Positions 30,485-39,032 of a DNA stretch of 64,000 nt are shown piece after piece. The notes beneath the pieces were generated by a model. It saw nothing but the letters and a program-made list of their open reading frames with translations, ran no database searches and had not been told where the DNA came from. This DNA comes from Candidatus Bathyarchaeota archaeon (GTDB lineage: Archaea; Thermoproteota; Bathyarchaeia; Bathyarchaeales; Bathycorpusculaceae), in assembly GCA_963720565.1 (NCBI GenBank), contig CAVRFW010000009.1, positions 352,001 through 416,000 on the forward strand. Reading direction: 5' to 3'. How positions within the stretch are numbered: position 1 is the stretch's first letter; the number at the start of each line of letters is the position of its first letter. The position numbers and the translations under genes were made by a program.

Positions 30485-32005
30485 ATGAAAAATACGCAAC
30501 TAACTGTCTTAATGGTTGTCCTGTTGTTTCTCCATTCCTGTGCTAGCCTCGCCTTCATCAAATATACGTACGCTGAAACAAGCCAAGGTGTCTACGTTGG
30601 AGTCGACATATCCTACGGAGATGTGGCAGAAGCAAAATCATTGATTGATCAGGTCAGTGGCTTCACCAACCTCATCGTCATAGGCACCACCAAGATAACC
30701 TGGTACCCGAATAAACTCACTGAGACATTTCAGTATGCATTCAACAGAGGCTTGTCTTTCATTAGTTTAACCCCTGCCCTTACTGAGATACCTGTCGGAG
30801 AATCTCCGAGCAGAAGCGAATGGTTTCAGTACGCCGAAGAAAACTGGGGAGACCGCTTGCTAGGTTTTTACTATTTGGATGAGCCGGGAGGGCGTCAACT
30901 AGATCGTGCTCAAGGTTGGACTTGGAACGGCTCAGCAACAATAGATAGCTACGCCGAAGCCGCCAGCCTTTACACGACCAATCTCGGCAATAGCTTAGAG
31001 TGGACTAGAACAAGTGTCCTCAACTCTTCCAAGTACCCATTGTTCACATCAGACTATGGCTTGTACTGGTTCGATTACAAAGCAGGATACGATACAATAT
31101 TTGCAGAGTTCGGGTGGAATTATAGCCGACAACTGAACGTTGCACTTTGCAGGGGAGCAGCCGAACTGCAAAACAAGGACTGGGGAGTAATGATAACCTG
31201 GACCTACACTGAACCTCCCTACATCGAATCGGGAGCGGAACTCTACAATGACCTTGTTTTAGCGTATGATAATGGAGCAAAATACATTATGGTCTTCGAT
31301 GGAAATGAAGGCTGGACTGGAGGAATCTTGGAGCAAGAGCATTTGGACGCTCTACGGCAGTTCTGGATCTATGTTCACAATAATCCGCGAAAGAGCTATC
31401 CAGTCAGCGAAAGGACAGCATTTGTGCTTCCTAACGCTTACGGTTACGGTTTCCGCGGACCAACAGACCACATCTGGGGCTTATGGGAAGCAGACGCGCT
31501 CTCCCTTAACATGAGCAAGAACGTTAAAAGCCTGCTAAACAACTATGGAGAAAAGTTGGACATCATGTATGATGACGGTTTGCAGCCTGGCAACACCTAT
31601 GGATACGATCAACTTGTCTATTGGGATTCTTACAGTCCCCTACCTCCCAAGATCTCAATTTCATCACCTGAAAACAGAACGTACACTACAAACAATGTTT
31701 CTTTAACCTTCACCTTAAACAAACCGGCAAGATGGTTAGGCTACAGCCTAGATAACCAGCCGCAGATATCCCTGGCTGGGAATACAACCCTGCTCAACCT
31801 TTCTAAGGGACCTCATAAAGTAACAGTTTATGCAAAGGACGAATTTGAAGAAGTGGGCATTTCCGAAACCATCGACTTTTTCATTGAACAGTCTTCCCCA
31901 GAACCTTTTCCAACGACTCTAGTAATAGCTTCTTCAGCGGTGGCGGCTGCAGTTGCCATTGGAATTCCAGTTTACCTCAAGAAACGCCATCGTAAGCAGA
32001 AATGA
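30485..32005 (+). CDS. Secreted membrane-anchored protein, possibly glycoside-hydrolase-like plus Ig-like, PEPFPT-TM-KK tail
   Basis: Signal peptide; LLGFYYLDEPGG; ISSPEN.TY...YSLD; EPFPTTLVIAS...VYLKKR. Confidence 0.7.
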   Translation: MKNTQLTVLMVVLLFLHSCASLAFIKYTYAETSQGVYVGVDISYGDVAEAKSLIDQVSGFTNLIVIGTTKITWYPNKLTETFQYAFNRGLSFISLTPALTEIPVGESPSRSEWFQYAEENWGDRLLGFYYLDEPGGRQLDRAQGWTWNGSATIDSYAEAASLYTTNLGNSLEWTRTSVLNSSKYPLFTSDYGLYWFDYKAGYDTIFAEFGWNYSRQLNVALCRGAAELQNKDWGVMITWTYTEPPYIESGAELYNDLVLAYDNGAKYIMVFDGNEGWTGGILEQEHLDALRQFWIYVHNNPRKSYPVSERTAFVLPNAYGYGFRGPTDHIWGLWEADALSLNMSKNVKSLLNNYGEKLDIMYDDGLQPGNTYGYDQLVYWDSYSPLPPKISISSPENRTYTTNNVSLTFTLNKPARWLGYSLDNQPQISLAGNTTLLNLSKGPHKVTVYAKDEFEEVGISETIDFFIEQSSPEPFPTTLVIASSAVAAAVAIGIPVYLKKRHRKQK

Positions 32006-32027
32006 TTAGTCAAGAAACCTTTATTGC
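32006..32027. repeat. Dyad site T3 directly after a stop codon
   Basis: TGA-TTAGTCAAG-AAAC-CTTTATTGC. Confidence 0.85.
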
Positions 32028-32113
32028 TTGTTGTTCTTGAAGAGGAACAATCTGTTCCTTCGGGAGAGTATTAAGGCAGTTAGCTCTATTCTTGCAGAAG
32101 AGAACATAGTCAG

Positions 32114-32598
32114 ATGATTAGGATGAACAAAGGAAGTCAGATAACTCTTGGTTGCTGTTTTGCTTCTTCTAACAACAATTATTCTCTGCGCTGTCTATTC
32201 AATAAGTCTTAATCAGGAATTGGTTCAAAAAGACTCAAAAATAAATGAGCTAACTAGATTTAAATATTGAACTTCAAAATCAATTGGTAAATCAGCAGAA
32301 ACCATACTTGGTTACTTCTCTTGGTGTTTCAATAGAGCCTAGAAATGTTACGTATCCTCATCCTCACTTTACAGTAGAAGGCGTAGTTTTCAATGTTGGG
32401 AACAGAATTGCATACAATGCCAGACTGGACATAAGCGCTTATTACAAGAATGGGCTTTCAGCTTTTAACATGTCATTGCCGTTAGGAGATCTAGGAAGAT
32501 GGCAGGTAGCACAAGTGAGCAAGATAGTGGCTACTTCTGACTGGATAGGCAATTACACTATTACACCCGTGTGGGATGACTGCTCCGTAGACAAGTAA
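32114..32598 (+). pseudogene. Frameshifted small exported protein (TM, coiled coil, Ig-like); start approximate
   Basis: Hydrophobic N-terminal fragment out of frame with VEGVVFNVG...AYNARL.I.AY. Confidence 0.55.
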
Positions 32599-32622
32599 AG
32601 TCTATAGCTTGTATTCAAATCC

Positions 32623-32688
32623 TTATTCAAAAAACTTTGACTAATCAGCAGGCAAGTTTAGTCAAGAAACCTTTACAAAAACCCCTTT
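32623..32688. repeat. Paired dyad sites T4/T5, 35 bp apart
   Basis: TTATTCAAA-AAAC-TTTGACTAA, 13 bp, TTAGTCAAG-AAAC-CTTTACAAA. Confidence 0.9.
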
Positions 32689-32723
32689 TAGCATGTAGCA
32701 ACCCATTAATGGTTGGGGTTGCT

Positions 32724-33887
32724 GTGAAGAAAACAGCAATAGCAATAGCAATCACCTTTGCGCTGCTATTTAGTCTACTGATTGAAGAGGATGTTGCTAG
32801 AGTAGTCAAAGCTAATCCTTACCAGGGAGCAGATCATACAACATGGAGATTCTTCTCTCCCAAAAACCAAACAACCTACAACACTAACAGCCTAAATTTT
32901 AATTTTACTTGCACAACCAATGATGTATGGAATGAATACTACCATCACATAGACTTAGAGTACATCTTAGACGGTCCAGATTATTACAATGGCAGCACAT
33001 ACGAAATGCCTTATGCGGATGATAGAATATTCATCGAAGCACCTTTGGTTTCAGAAGCACTCTCTGGAATGGGTAATGTTTCCCGAAAAGTCTTTGAGTA
33101 CAGCGCTCAATTGAGCAATTTAGGTGATGGACAACATACCTTAACTATTTATAAAGAGTTTAATACGTGGGGTCCTGGAACACCTTTTGTTTCAACAGAG
33201 CATGTAACAATCTTCTTTAACATTGAAACAAGCACGCTTGAACCTGAACCGCAATTTGACCTTAAAATGATGCAAGCTCACCTATATGGAAACTCTTGCA
33301 GCCTCACATATAACATAACAAATTCTTTAGGAAAATCTAGCTCTAATAAGACGGTAATTGAAGTTTATTCCATAGAGCTTTTTTCAAACGGAAACCTATT
33401 AGGCAGTAAAGGTCAAGGATTCTTTGTTGGCGACAATTTTGATTCTGAGACTCTATTTGCTTTGACAAGCCATATTCCATATGCCAGTTCTGGAATTTCA
33501 AGCATAAACTATAACGGGTCAAAATTAAAGACAGATTCACTTCAACTTTCACATTCACTTAATTCTCAGGACCTTTCCGGAACTGTTTTGATAAGAGTTG
33601 AAAGGCTTGGTTTAATCATTGTTGAGGACGAATCTGTTGATGATAACTTGTCAAGTGGAGAACTGTTTGATGAAATAGTGCTTGAAAGGCATGGAGATGG
33701 ATTTGTGTATGATGCTTTGCCTGAGCCAACTCCAACAATGCCAAATATGGGTCCAACACAGCCACCACCCTACTTTGATCTTCATCCTGAGTTTGTTTAT
33801 TTGATAATTATGCTGCTGGTTGTGATTGCAGTTGGATTTGGGTTCTGGCTATACTTCAAGAAAAGTGGTGGGCATAAGAGTCCATGA
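32724..33887 (+). CDS. Secreted surface protein, MKKT signal and TM-YFKK tail
   Basis: (M)KKTAIAIAITFALL; SPKNQTTY; Pro-rich linker; GFWLYFKK. Confidence 0.75.
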   Translation: MKKTAIAIAITFALLFSLLIEEDVARVVKANPYQGADHTTWRFFSPKNQTTYNTNSLNFNFTCTTNDVWNEYYHHIDLEYILDGPDYYNGSTYEMPYADDRIFIEAPLVSEALSGMGNVSRKVFEYSAQLSNLGDGQHTLTIYKEFNTWGPGTPFVSTEHVTIFFNIETSTLEPEPQFDLKMMQAHLYGNSCSLTYNITNSLGKSSSNKTVIEVYSIELFSNGNLLGSKGQGFFVGDNFDSETLFALTSHIPYASSGISSINYNGSKLKTDSLQLSHSLNSQDLSGTVLIRVERLGLIIVEDESVDDNLSSGELFDEIVLERHGDGFVYDALPEPTPTMPNMGPTQPPPYFDLHPEFVYLIIMLLVVIAVGFGFWLYFKKSGGHKSP

Positions 33888-34798
33888 AAAGAACAGCATT
33901 AGCACTAATCTTACTGTTTCTAATCTCTGGGACTATGGGAGAAGCTTTAGCTCAAACAACACTCACCACATCTGTTTCGGCTCCTGCCATTGAATGGCAA
34001 GAAGACTACGGACATCCTGGTCCATATGATGATACCAATGTTCAATCAGCATCCAATCTGATTCAGACAAGTGATGGCGGGTATGCCTTTATGGATTTGG
34101 GTTGGGGTTACCAGTTTACTTTTGTTCCTTCAACAATTTATAGGGTTGATTCTTCGGGAAGTCTACAATGGACCAAGACCATTGATTTCTTAGCAGCGTC
34201 AAAAATTATCCAAACGAACGATGAGGGATACGAAGTAACAGGACACTGGACTACGTATGGCACAACCTACGAGTATACCCCTACACTCATCAAAACTGAC
34301 CCTCAAGGAAACATACAATGGGCTGCAAATTATTCGAGCATACCAGACTTGGGCATTTCCTCAACCGAGATTAAAACCAGTGATGGCGGGTTTGCTTATT
34401 GGAAAGATGGAAGCATTACCAAAACCGATTCTGAAAATAACACGCAATGGGTAAAAATTCTCACCTATACGGGTGCCGACGGTACTGCTCCTCTTAAGTT
34501 ATCTTCGGTTATTGAAACATCTGATGGAGCATTTGCTGCATTGGGTGTTGGATACAGTTTGTTTGATAATCCTCGCACGGGCAGAGTCTACTTGATTAAG
34601 ACAGAAGCGTTCTTGCCTTTGCCTTCACAGACTCCATTGCCAACGCCTATGCCAACACCAACGCCAGAACCCATCTCAACAGGATTAGTCATAGCCATCG
34701 TGATACTGGTTGCAATAAGCACCATAGCCCTAGTAGTTGTCACAGGCGCGGGCTTGCTGGTTTACTTCAAGAAACAACGTAGGAATGAGATTCCATGA
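33884..34798 (+). CDS. Secreted surface protein with QTSDGG propeller-like repeats and TM-YFKK tail
   Basis: MKRTALAL; IQTSDGGY repeats; PTPEP; GLLVYFKK. Confidence 0.8.
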   Translation: MKRTALALILLFLISGTMGEALAQTTLTTSVSAPAIEWQEDYGHPGPYDDTNVQSASNLIQTSDGGYAFMDLGWGYQFTFVPSTIYRVDSSGSLQWTKTIDFLAASKIIQTNDEGYEVTGHWTTYGTTYEYTPTLIKTDPQGNIQWAANYSSIPDLGISSTEIKTSDGGFAYWKDGSITKTDSENNTQWVKILTYTGADGTAPLKLSSVIETSDGAFAALGVGYSLFDNPRTGRVYLIKTEAFLPLPSQTPLPTPMPTPTPEPISTGLVIAIVILVAISTIALVVVTGAGLLVYFKKQRRNEIP

Positions 34799-35094
34799 AG
34801 AAAACAGCATTAGCACTAGCATTTGCATCGTTGCTGTTAGCCATTCAATAATGGCTGGAATGTAACCTTTTGATGTGGCAGAAGCAGACTATTATCCCCC
34901 GCCATCCTTCGAAGTTTTTTCTCTATTCCCTCCACCTGTGGTGTATTCAAATGTCTCTGTCCTGCTCTAAGTTCGTTTCAACGTTTTGCCAAGTGAACCC
35001 GACATCACTGTCATCCGTTACAGTCTGGATGGAAAAGCCAACATCACACTTGGTAATTTAACAAAAGAAGGCAAAGTATGGTATTGGACTAACA
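34795..35094 (+). pseudogene. Truncated, frameshifted MKKTALAL-type surface protein ending at a (GC)4 tract
   Basis: MKKTALALAFASLLL; IRYSLDGKANITL; breaks at GCGCGCGC 35095-35102. Confidence 0.7.
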
Positions 35095-35105
35095 GCGCGC
35101 GCTTG

Positions 35106-35148
35106 TGGTTCCTTGGAGTGGTCAGTTCTGCTTATAAGGACCATTAAA
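35106..35148. repeat. 43-bp repeat, copy 2
   Basis: 41/43 identical to 15499-15541. Confidence 0.9.
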
Positions 35149-35208
35149 ACTAAATCAGGGAGCAGTCTAGAATGAGATGGATAACTTCAGAATCTGTGGG
35201 GACGTAAA

Positions 35209-35574
35209 ATGGAACCCAAGAAGTCGTTCAAAACTATAGATGAATACATCTTAAGTTTTCCAAAGAATGTGCAAAATATTTTGCAGGAACTGAGGCAAGT
35301 CATAAGAGAGACTGCACCTGAAGCTGAAGAGGCAATTAGCTATCAGATGCCTGCTTTCAGATTGAATGGCATCTTGGTGTATTTTGCAGCTTTTAAGAAT
35401 CATATTAGTTTTTTCCCTACTTCTTCAGCCATTGAGGAGTTCAAAGAGAAATTGTCTCCTTATGAAATAAGCAAGGGCACAGTTAGGTTTCCCATGAATG
35501 AGCCGATTCCATTTGACTTGATAAAGGAAATGTTGAGGTTTAGAGTTAAGGAAAACTTGAGTAAGAAGAAATAA
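35209..35574 (+). CDS. DUF1801/YdhG-like protein
   Basis: TIDEYI...L..LR..I...APEAEE.ISYQMPAF...YFAAFKNHI.F.P...SKGTVRFP. Confidence 0.88.
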   Translation: MEPKKSFKTIDEYILSFPKNVQNILQELRQVIRETAPEAEEAISYQMPAFRLNGILVYFAAFKNHISFFPTSSAIEEFKEKLSPYEISKGTVRFPMNEPIPFDLIKEMLRFRVKENLSKKK

Positions 35575-35609
35575 CGGAAGCACATGCAATAAAACATATT
35601 TCAATTTGG

Positions 35610-35631
35610 AGCATAGAGAAAACTTTGCTGC
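35610..35631. repeat. Cassette site S8
   Basis: AGCATAGAG-AAAA-CTTTGCTGC followed by GTATTCATAAA as in S4 and S7. Confidence 0.85.
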
Positions 35632-35674
35632 GTATTCATAAAGGAAGAATCTCAATAATCAGAATAGTGACAAA

Positions 35675-35878
35675 ATGAGTCCAATGGACTTCATGGTGTT
35701 TACTCTACTTGGACTGTTAGCACTAGTTGGAGCTAATGCAATACTTTGGTCAATAGCAAAAAAAGCAGAACATGCTGAGAAGAAAGAAACTCAGACCTTA
35801 ATCGTTAGCGTTATTGCCTATGCTATTTGCATGGCCTTTTTGGCTCTGTTCTATTCTTACGGCACTCCAATAGCATGA
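35675..35878 (+). CDS. Small two-TM protein (cassette)
   Basis: 67 aa, two hydrophobic helices, between S8 and S9. Confidence 0.65.
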   Translation: MSPMDFMVFTLLGLLALVGANAILWSIAKKAEHAEKKETQTLIVSVIAYAICMAFLALFYSYGTPIA

Positions 35879-35905
35879 CCAACTCTGTAATACTCTCTTT
35901 CTTGG

Positions 35906-35927
35906 TGCGTAGAGAAAACTTTGCAGA
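35906..35927. repeat. Cassette site S9
   Basis: TGCGTAGAG-AAAA-CTTTGCAGA. Confidence 0.9.
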
Positions 35928-35981
35928 ACAAACCTAAACTCTTTAATCTAAAAATACTATAATAACTAGTAGGGAATACAT

Positions 35982-36377
35982 TTGAAGAGGCTATTGTATT
36001 GGGTTCTCTTCATTGTTCTACTGCTTGTGCCTATTGTGATTAACTTTGTCTTTATAGTTGATATTCTTCTTTTCGCCCAGAGAGCCTTTGCATATTATAG
36101 GTATGTTACGCCAGATGTTCTTTTGAGGGATATTCTATTCGCAGAGGGAGCTGTGCTTCTTGTTTTTGGAGCTCTTGTTGGCGGAGTCACTCTGTATAAT
36201 GCTTGGGTTCCAACAGATGTTAGAAAGGCACAATTCACAGAGTATATTTGGAACTGGAAGAAGATAAGGGAAGAACGCAATTTTCCAACTGGATTGATGG
36301 TTGGATTGGCACTCATAGCTTTTGGAATTATCTATGTTTTGGTGGCAATATTCTTTCCAGGTTTTCCAGTGCAGTAG
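35982..36377 (+). CDS. Three-TM hypothetical protein (cassette)
   Basis: Hydrophobic 131-aa ORF between S9 and S10. Confidence 0.7.
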   Translation: MKRLLYWVLFIVLLLVPIVINFVFIVDILLFAQRAFAYYRYVTPDVLLRDILFAEGAVLLVFGALVGGVTLYNAWVPTDVRKAQFTEYIWNWKKIREERNFPTGLMVGLALIAFGIIYVLVAIFFPGFPVQ

Positions 36378-36394
36378 GAATCATTTGGTTTGTG

Positions 36395-36407
36395 AGCGTA
36401 GAGAAAA
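36395..36407. repeat. Half site S10
   Basis: AGCGTAGAG-AAAA with no right arm. Confidence 0.65.
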
Positions 36408-36461
36408 ATCTAAAATCAAAGGTAGACCAAATGTAACAAAAGACTCTACAAAGTGATAGTC

Positions 36462-36737
36462 ATGTCTAACAAGTTTAAATTAATGGTTTTGGTTAACATC
36501 TTGTTGGGTGTGTTTTTCGTTGCTCTCAATTTTTTGTGTAGCTCTCTTGCTACTGGTGACCATCGTGCTCTATGGAGTCCTCTATAGTTAACGTTTTACA
36601 ACATTTATGCTTTAGGAGACATTGGTGCTGCATTTCCTAACTTTGCTTTCTACTTCTTTTGGGTCTCAACAATAGTCAATCTATATTTCATAATCATGCT
36701 TGGAAGAAGCAAAGAGACAAAACATAACCCAACCTAA
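36462..36737 (+). pseudogene. Family A membrane protein with in-frame TAG at 36585-36587
   Basis: MSNKFKLMVLVNILLG...LWSPL*LTF...PNFAFYFFWVSTIVNLYFIIMLGRSKETKHNPT*. Confidence 0.8.
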
Positions 36738-36763
36738 AATGCGTTTATTCTTTTTGGTGCGTG
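36738..36763. repeat. Left flank and partial site S11
   Basis: AATGCGTTTATTCTTTTTGGTGCGTG, near-identical to 18126-18150. Confidence 0.75.
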
Positions 36764-36850
36764 GACACAACTCCCAAATATTTTTTTTGATTTGGATTTA
36801 GCGATAATGCTTTTACATTCAATAAGAATCATTATTAGCTAGGATCACAG

Positions 36851-37264
36851 GTGAAAGAGAAAACAATAGCAATTCTTCTAATCGCCATTATTGCTTTTTC
36901 CATTGCTGGTTGGGCTGTTTACAGTCAATTCACTCAAGAATCTCCAGACTCAACTATAAGGGTAGAAATCTCAGAGTTTAGTTGGAGAAGTGGCGTTGAC
37001 TCTGCCCCTGGTTGGGAGGGTATAATTCTTAGAAACATGGTTAACATAACAATCCAAAACAGTGGTTCAAAGAATGTTAGTGGATTAACTTTAACGGTTA
37101 AAGTAGTGTATGATGGAAATGAAGTTATACATTCAGAAGGTTTCTCTAAAAATATTGATGTGCTTCATGCTGGAGAAAGCCTAAAGATTTCAGAATATGT
37201 TTATTCTTATGTGAGCTTTCAGACCAGAAGGAGCAGAATGTGTCAGCACACTGCTTCAAGGTAA
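36851..37264 (+). CDS. Small exported Ig/CARDB-like protein, probable 3' frameshift
   Basis: N-terminal TM; VNITIQNSG..NVSGLTL.V...L.AGES. Confidence 0.65.
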   Translation: MKEKTIAILLIAIIAFSIAGWAVYSQFTQESPDSTIRVEISEFSWRSGVDSAPGWEGIILRNMVNITIQNSGSKNVSGLTLTVKVVYDGNEVIHSEGFSKNIDVLHAGESLKISEYVYSYVSFQTRRSRMCQHTASR

Positions 37265-37737
37265 TACTGTTTTGGATAATAGAACAGACCCAATAACTTG
37301 GGATTGAGAAACGCACATGAAACAAAGATGCTTTAAAACATCTTATTTCATCAAAAACTGGCCTGAAAACACTCTATAAGAGCCACAGAATGCCTGGTTC
37401 AATACACTTTCTTCTTGGACTTATGATTTTCTTGTATGGAGGAAAAACTGTCTAAGATGCTCATGCAAGTGTGAATCTATCCATGCTAAAACAGAATAAT
37501 CTAACATTGATCCATGGAAATTGAGCTAAATCAACATTGACCTGGAGCTTAGTCCTTCATCAGCCTTTCCGCCTGTGTAGATGAACTACTATACCATGGT
37601 GAAGCTCTATGGATAAAATACCGTTGTTACCGTTGATCCGCAAAGAGTGTGCTAGGGCATTGGCAAGAAGATTTGAGCTGAATAGAATGCTGAGCCAATT
37701 TCCCATGAATGGCTTCAAGGGATATCAGTCCTGAATT

Positions 37738-38490
37738 CTTGAAATGTTTGAAGTGAAAAAACAGAAATCTGGTGTCTAAGTAGTTTCAGTTTTGCTTTTG
37801 ACAGGACTTTATGCATTCTACAAGAGATTCGAGGTTTTCTACGTCTTCATTTAAGGTGACGAAATTGCCAACTAGGCTGACTATTTTTGTGGGAATAATT
37901 ATTACTACCTTGCTTAAGAAAGGTCTCTTGAATCCAAGTTCTGTCGCAGCATTATCCGTCAAACCGACCTCTAAGCCTGTAACTTGCCAGTTGCTGAGTT
38001 CTACGTCAAATCCTTCAATTTCCCCAATAGCCTTGCCTTTGGCACCAACTACTTTCTTGCCTTTGAGTTCAACGGAGCTAACCAAAGTTTCTCTTTCTGC
38101 AATATCTTCAAGATTTCTAATTGGCTCTCTAAGGGTTATTATGTCGCCAACAGTTTTTACAAGCTGGGTTGGTAAACATACTGTTATTTTGCTTAGGAAT
38201 GGTTTTTTGAATCCGAGTTCTGCGGTAGCCTCATCACTCAAGTTGACATTGAAAGTGTTGGCTTGCCAAGTGTTTGAATTGATGTTTACGCCATCCACTT
38301 CTCCCAGTATGTAACCTTCAGACCCGACTACTTTCTTACCCTCTAAAACAGTAGGATTCACTGTAAATCACCCATTTTGATAATAGTGCTTGCTTATCTA
38401 AATAAATATGCTAAACTAACATCAGGTTTGCAAAAAAACTAAAATCTTTTGATTGTTTATGGAAGCCCTTGAAATGTTTGAAGTGAAAAA
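37738..38490. repeat. 23-bp direct repeats flanking the PRC-barrel gene
   Basis: CTTGAAATGTTTGAAGTGAAAAA at 37738-37760 and 38468-38490. Confidence 0.85.
37786..38361 (-). CDS. Tandem PRC-barrel protein
   Basis: Two copies of L.GKKVVG..G...GE..G......WQ.....V.L.D.AA.ELGFK.PFLSK. Confidence 0.85.
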   Translation of the reverse strand: MNPTVLEGKKVVGSEGYILGEVDGVNINSNTWQANTFNVNLSDEATAELGFKKPFLSKITVCLPTQLVKTVGDIITLREPIRNLEDIAERETLVSSVELKGKKVVGAKGKAIGEIEGFDVELSNWQVTGLEVGLTDNAATELGFKRPFLSKVVIIIPTKIVSLVGNFVTLNEDVENLESLVECIKSCQKQN

Positions 38491-38560
38491 GACGACCGTA
38501 ATTGCTCAGGCTTTTAATGTTTATTAGAGCATGTCTTTACTTAGTGGTTTAGTGAGCCAA

Positions 38561-38941
38561 ATGGTTGACCACACGATTGTGCATTTTGAAATTCCTGCAG
38601 ATGATGTGGAAAAGCTGAGCAAATTCTATTCGAAGCTGTTTGGTTGGAAGATAGTTAGGATGCCTGGTGAAACTGAGTACTGGGGAATCCAGACTGTTCC
38701 TGTTGACGAAAAAGGAATGCTTCTCAGAAATGGCGTCAATGGTGGGATTATGAAGCGGCAAAACCCTGAGCACAAACCAGTGAATTACATTGCTGTTGAA
38801 TCCGTGGATGAATACGTCAAGAAGATTGAGGAATTAGGCGGCAAAGTATTGGTTCCCAAAATGGAGGTTCCTGGTGTGGGTTGGTGGGCTATGGCGCTGG
38901 ACCCAGATGGAAATCAGTTTGCCATTATTCAAGGCATGTAA
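38561..38941 (+). CDS. VOC/glyoxalase superfamily protein
   Basis: IVHFEIPADD...FY..LFGW; NYIAVESVD....I..LGGK; DPDGN. Confidence 0.9.
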   Translation: MVDHTIVHFEIPADDVEKLSKFYSKLFGWKIVRMPGETEYWGIQTVPVDEKGMLLRNGVNGGIMKRQNPEHKPVNYIAVESVDEYVKKIEELGGKVLVPKMEVPGVGWWAMALDPDGNQFAIIQGM

Positions 38942-39032
38942 ATCTTAGTGGCCAAAATTCCCGATCTTTTTTCTTAAATAATTAGCTTCTTAACTGTTTG
39001 TGAAGCAAAAATAGATTGGACCGTTTCTAATG

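Noticed and set aside
37310..37735. Possible int(C) remnant at the end of the second array
   Set aside because: Only short broken frames; no R...HxxR...Y motifs and no tRNA fragment recognisable.
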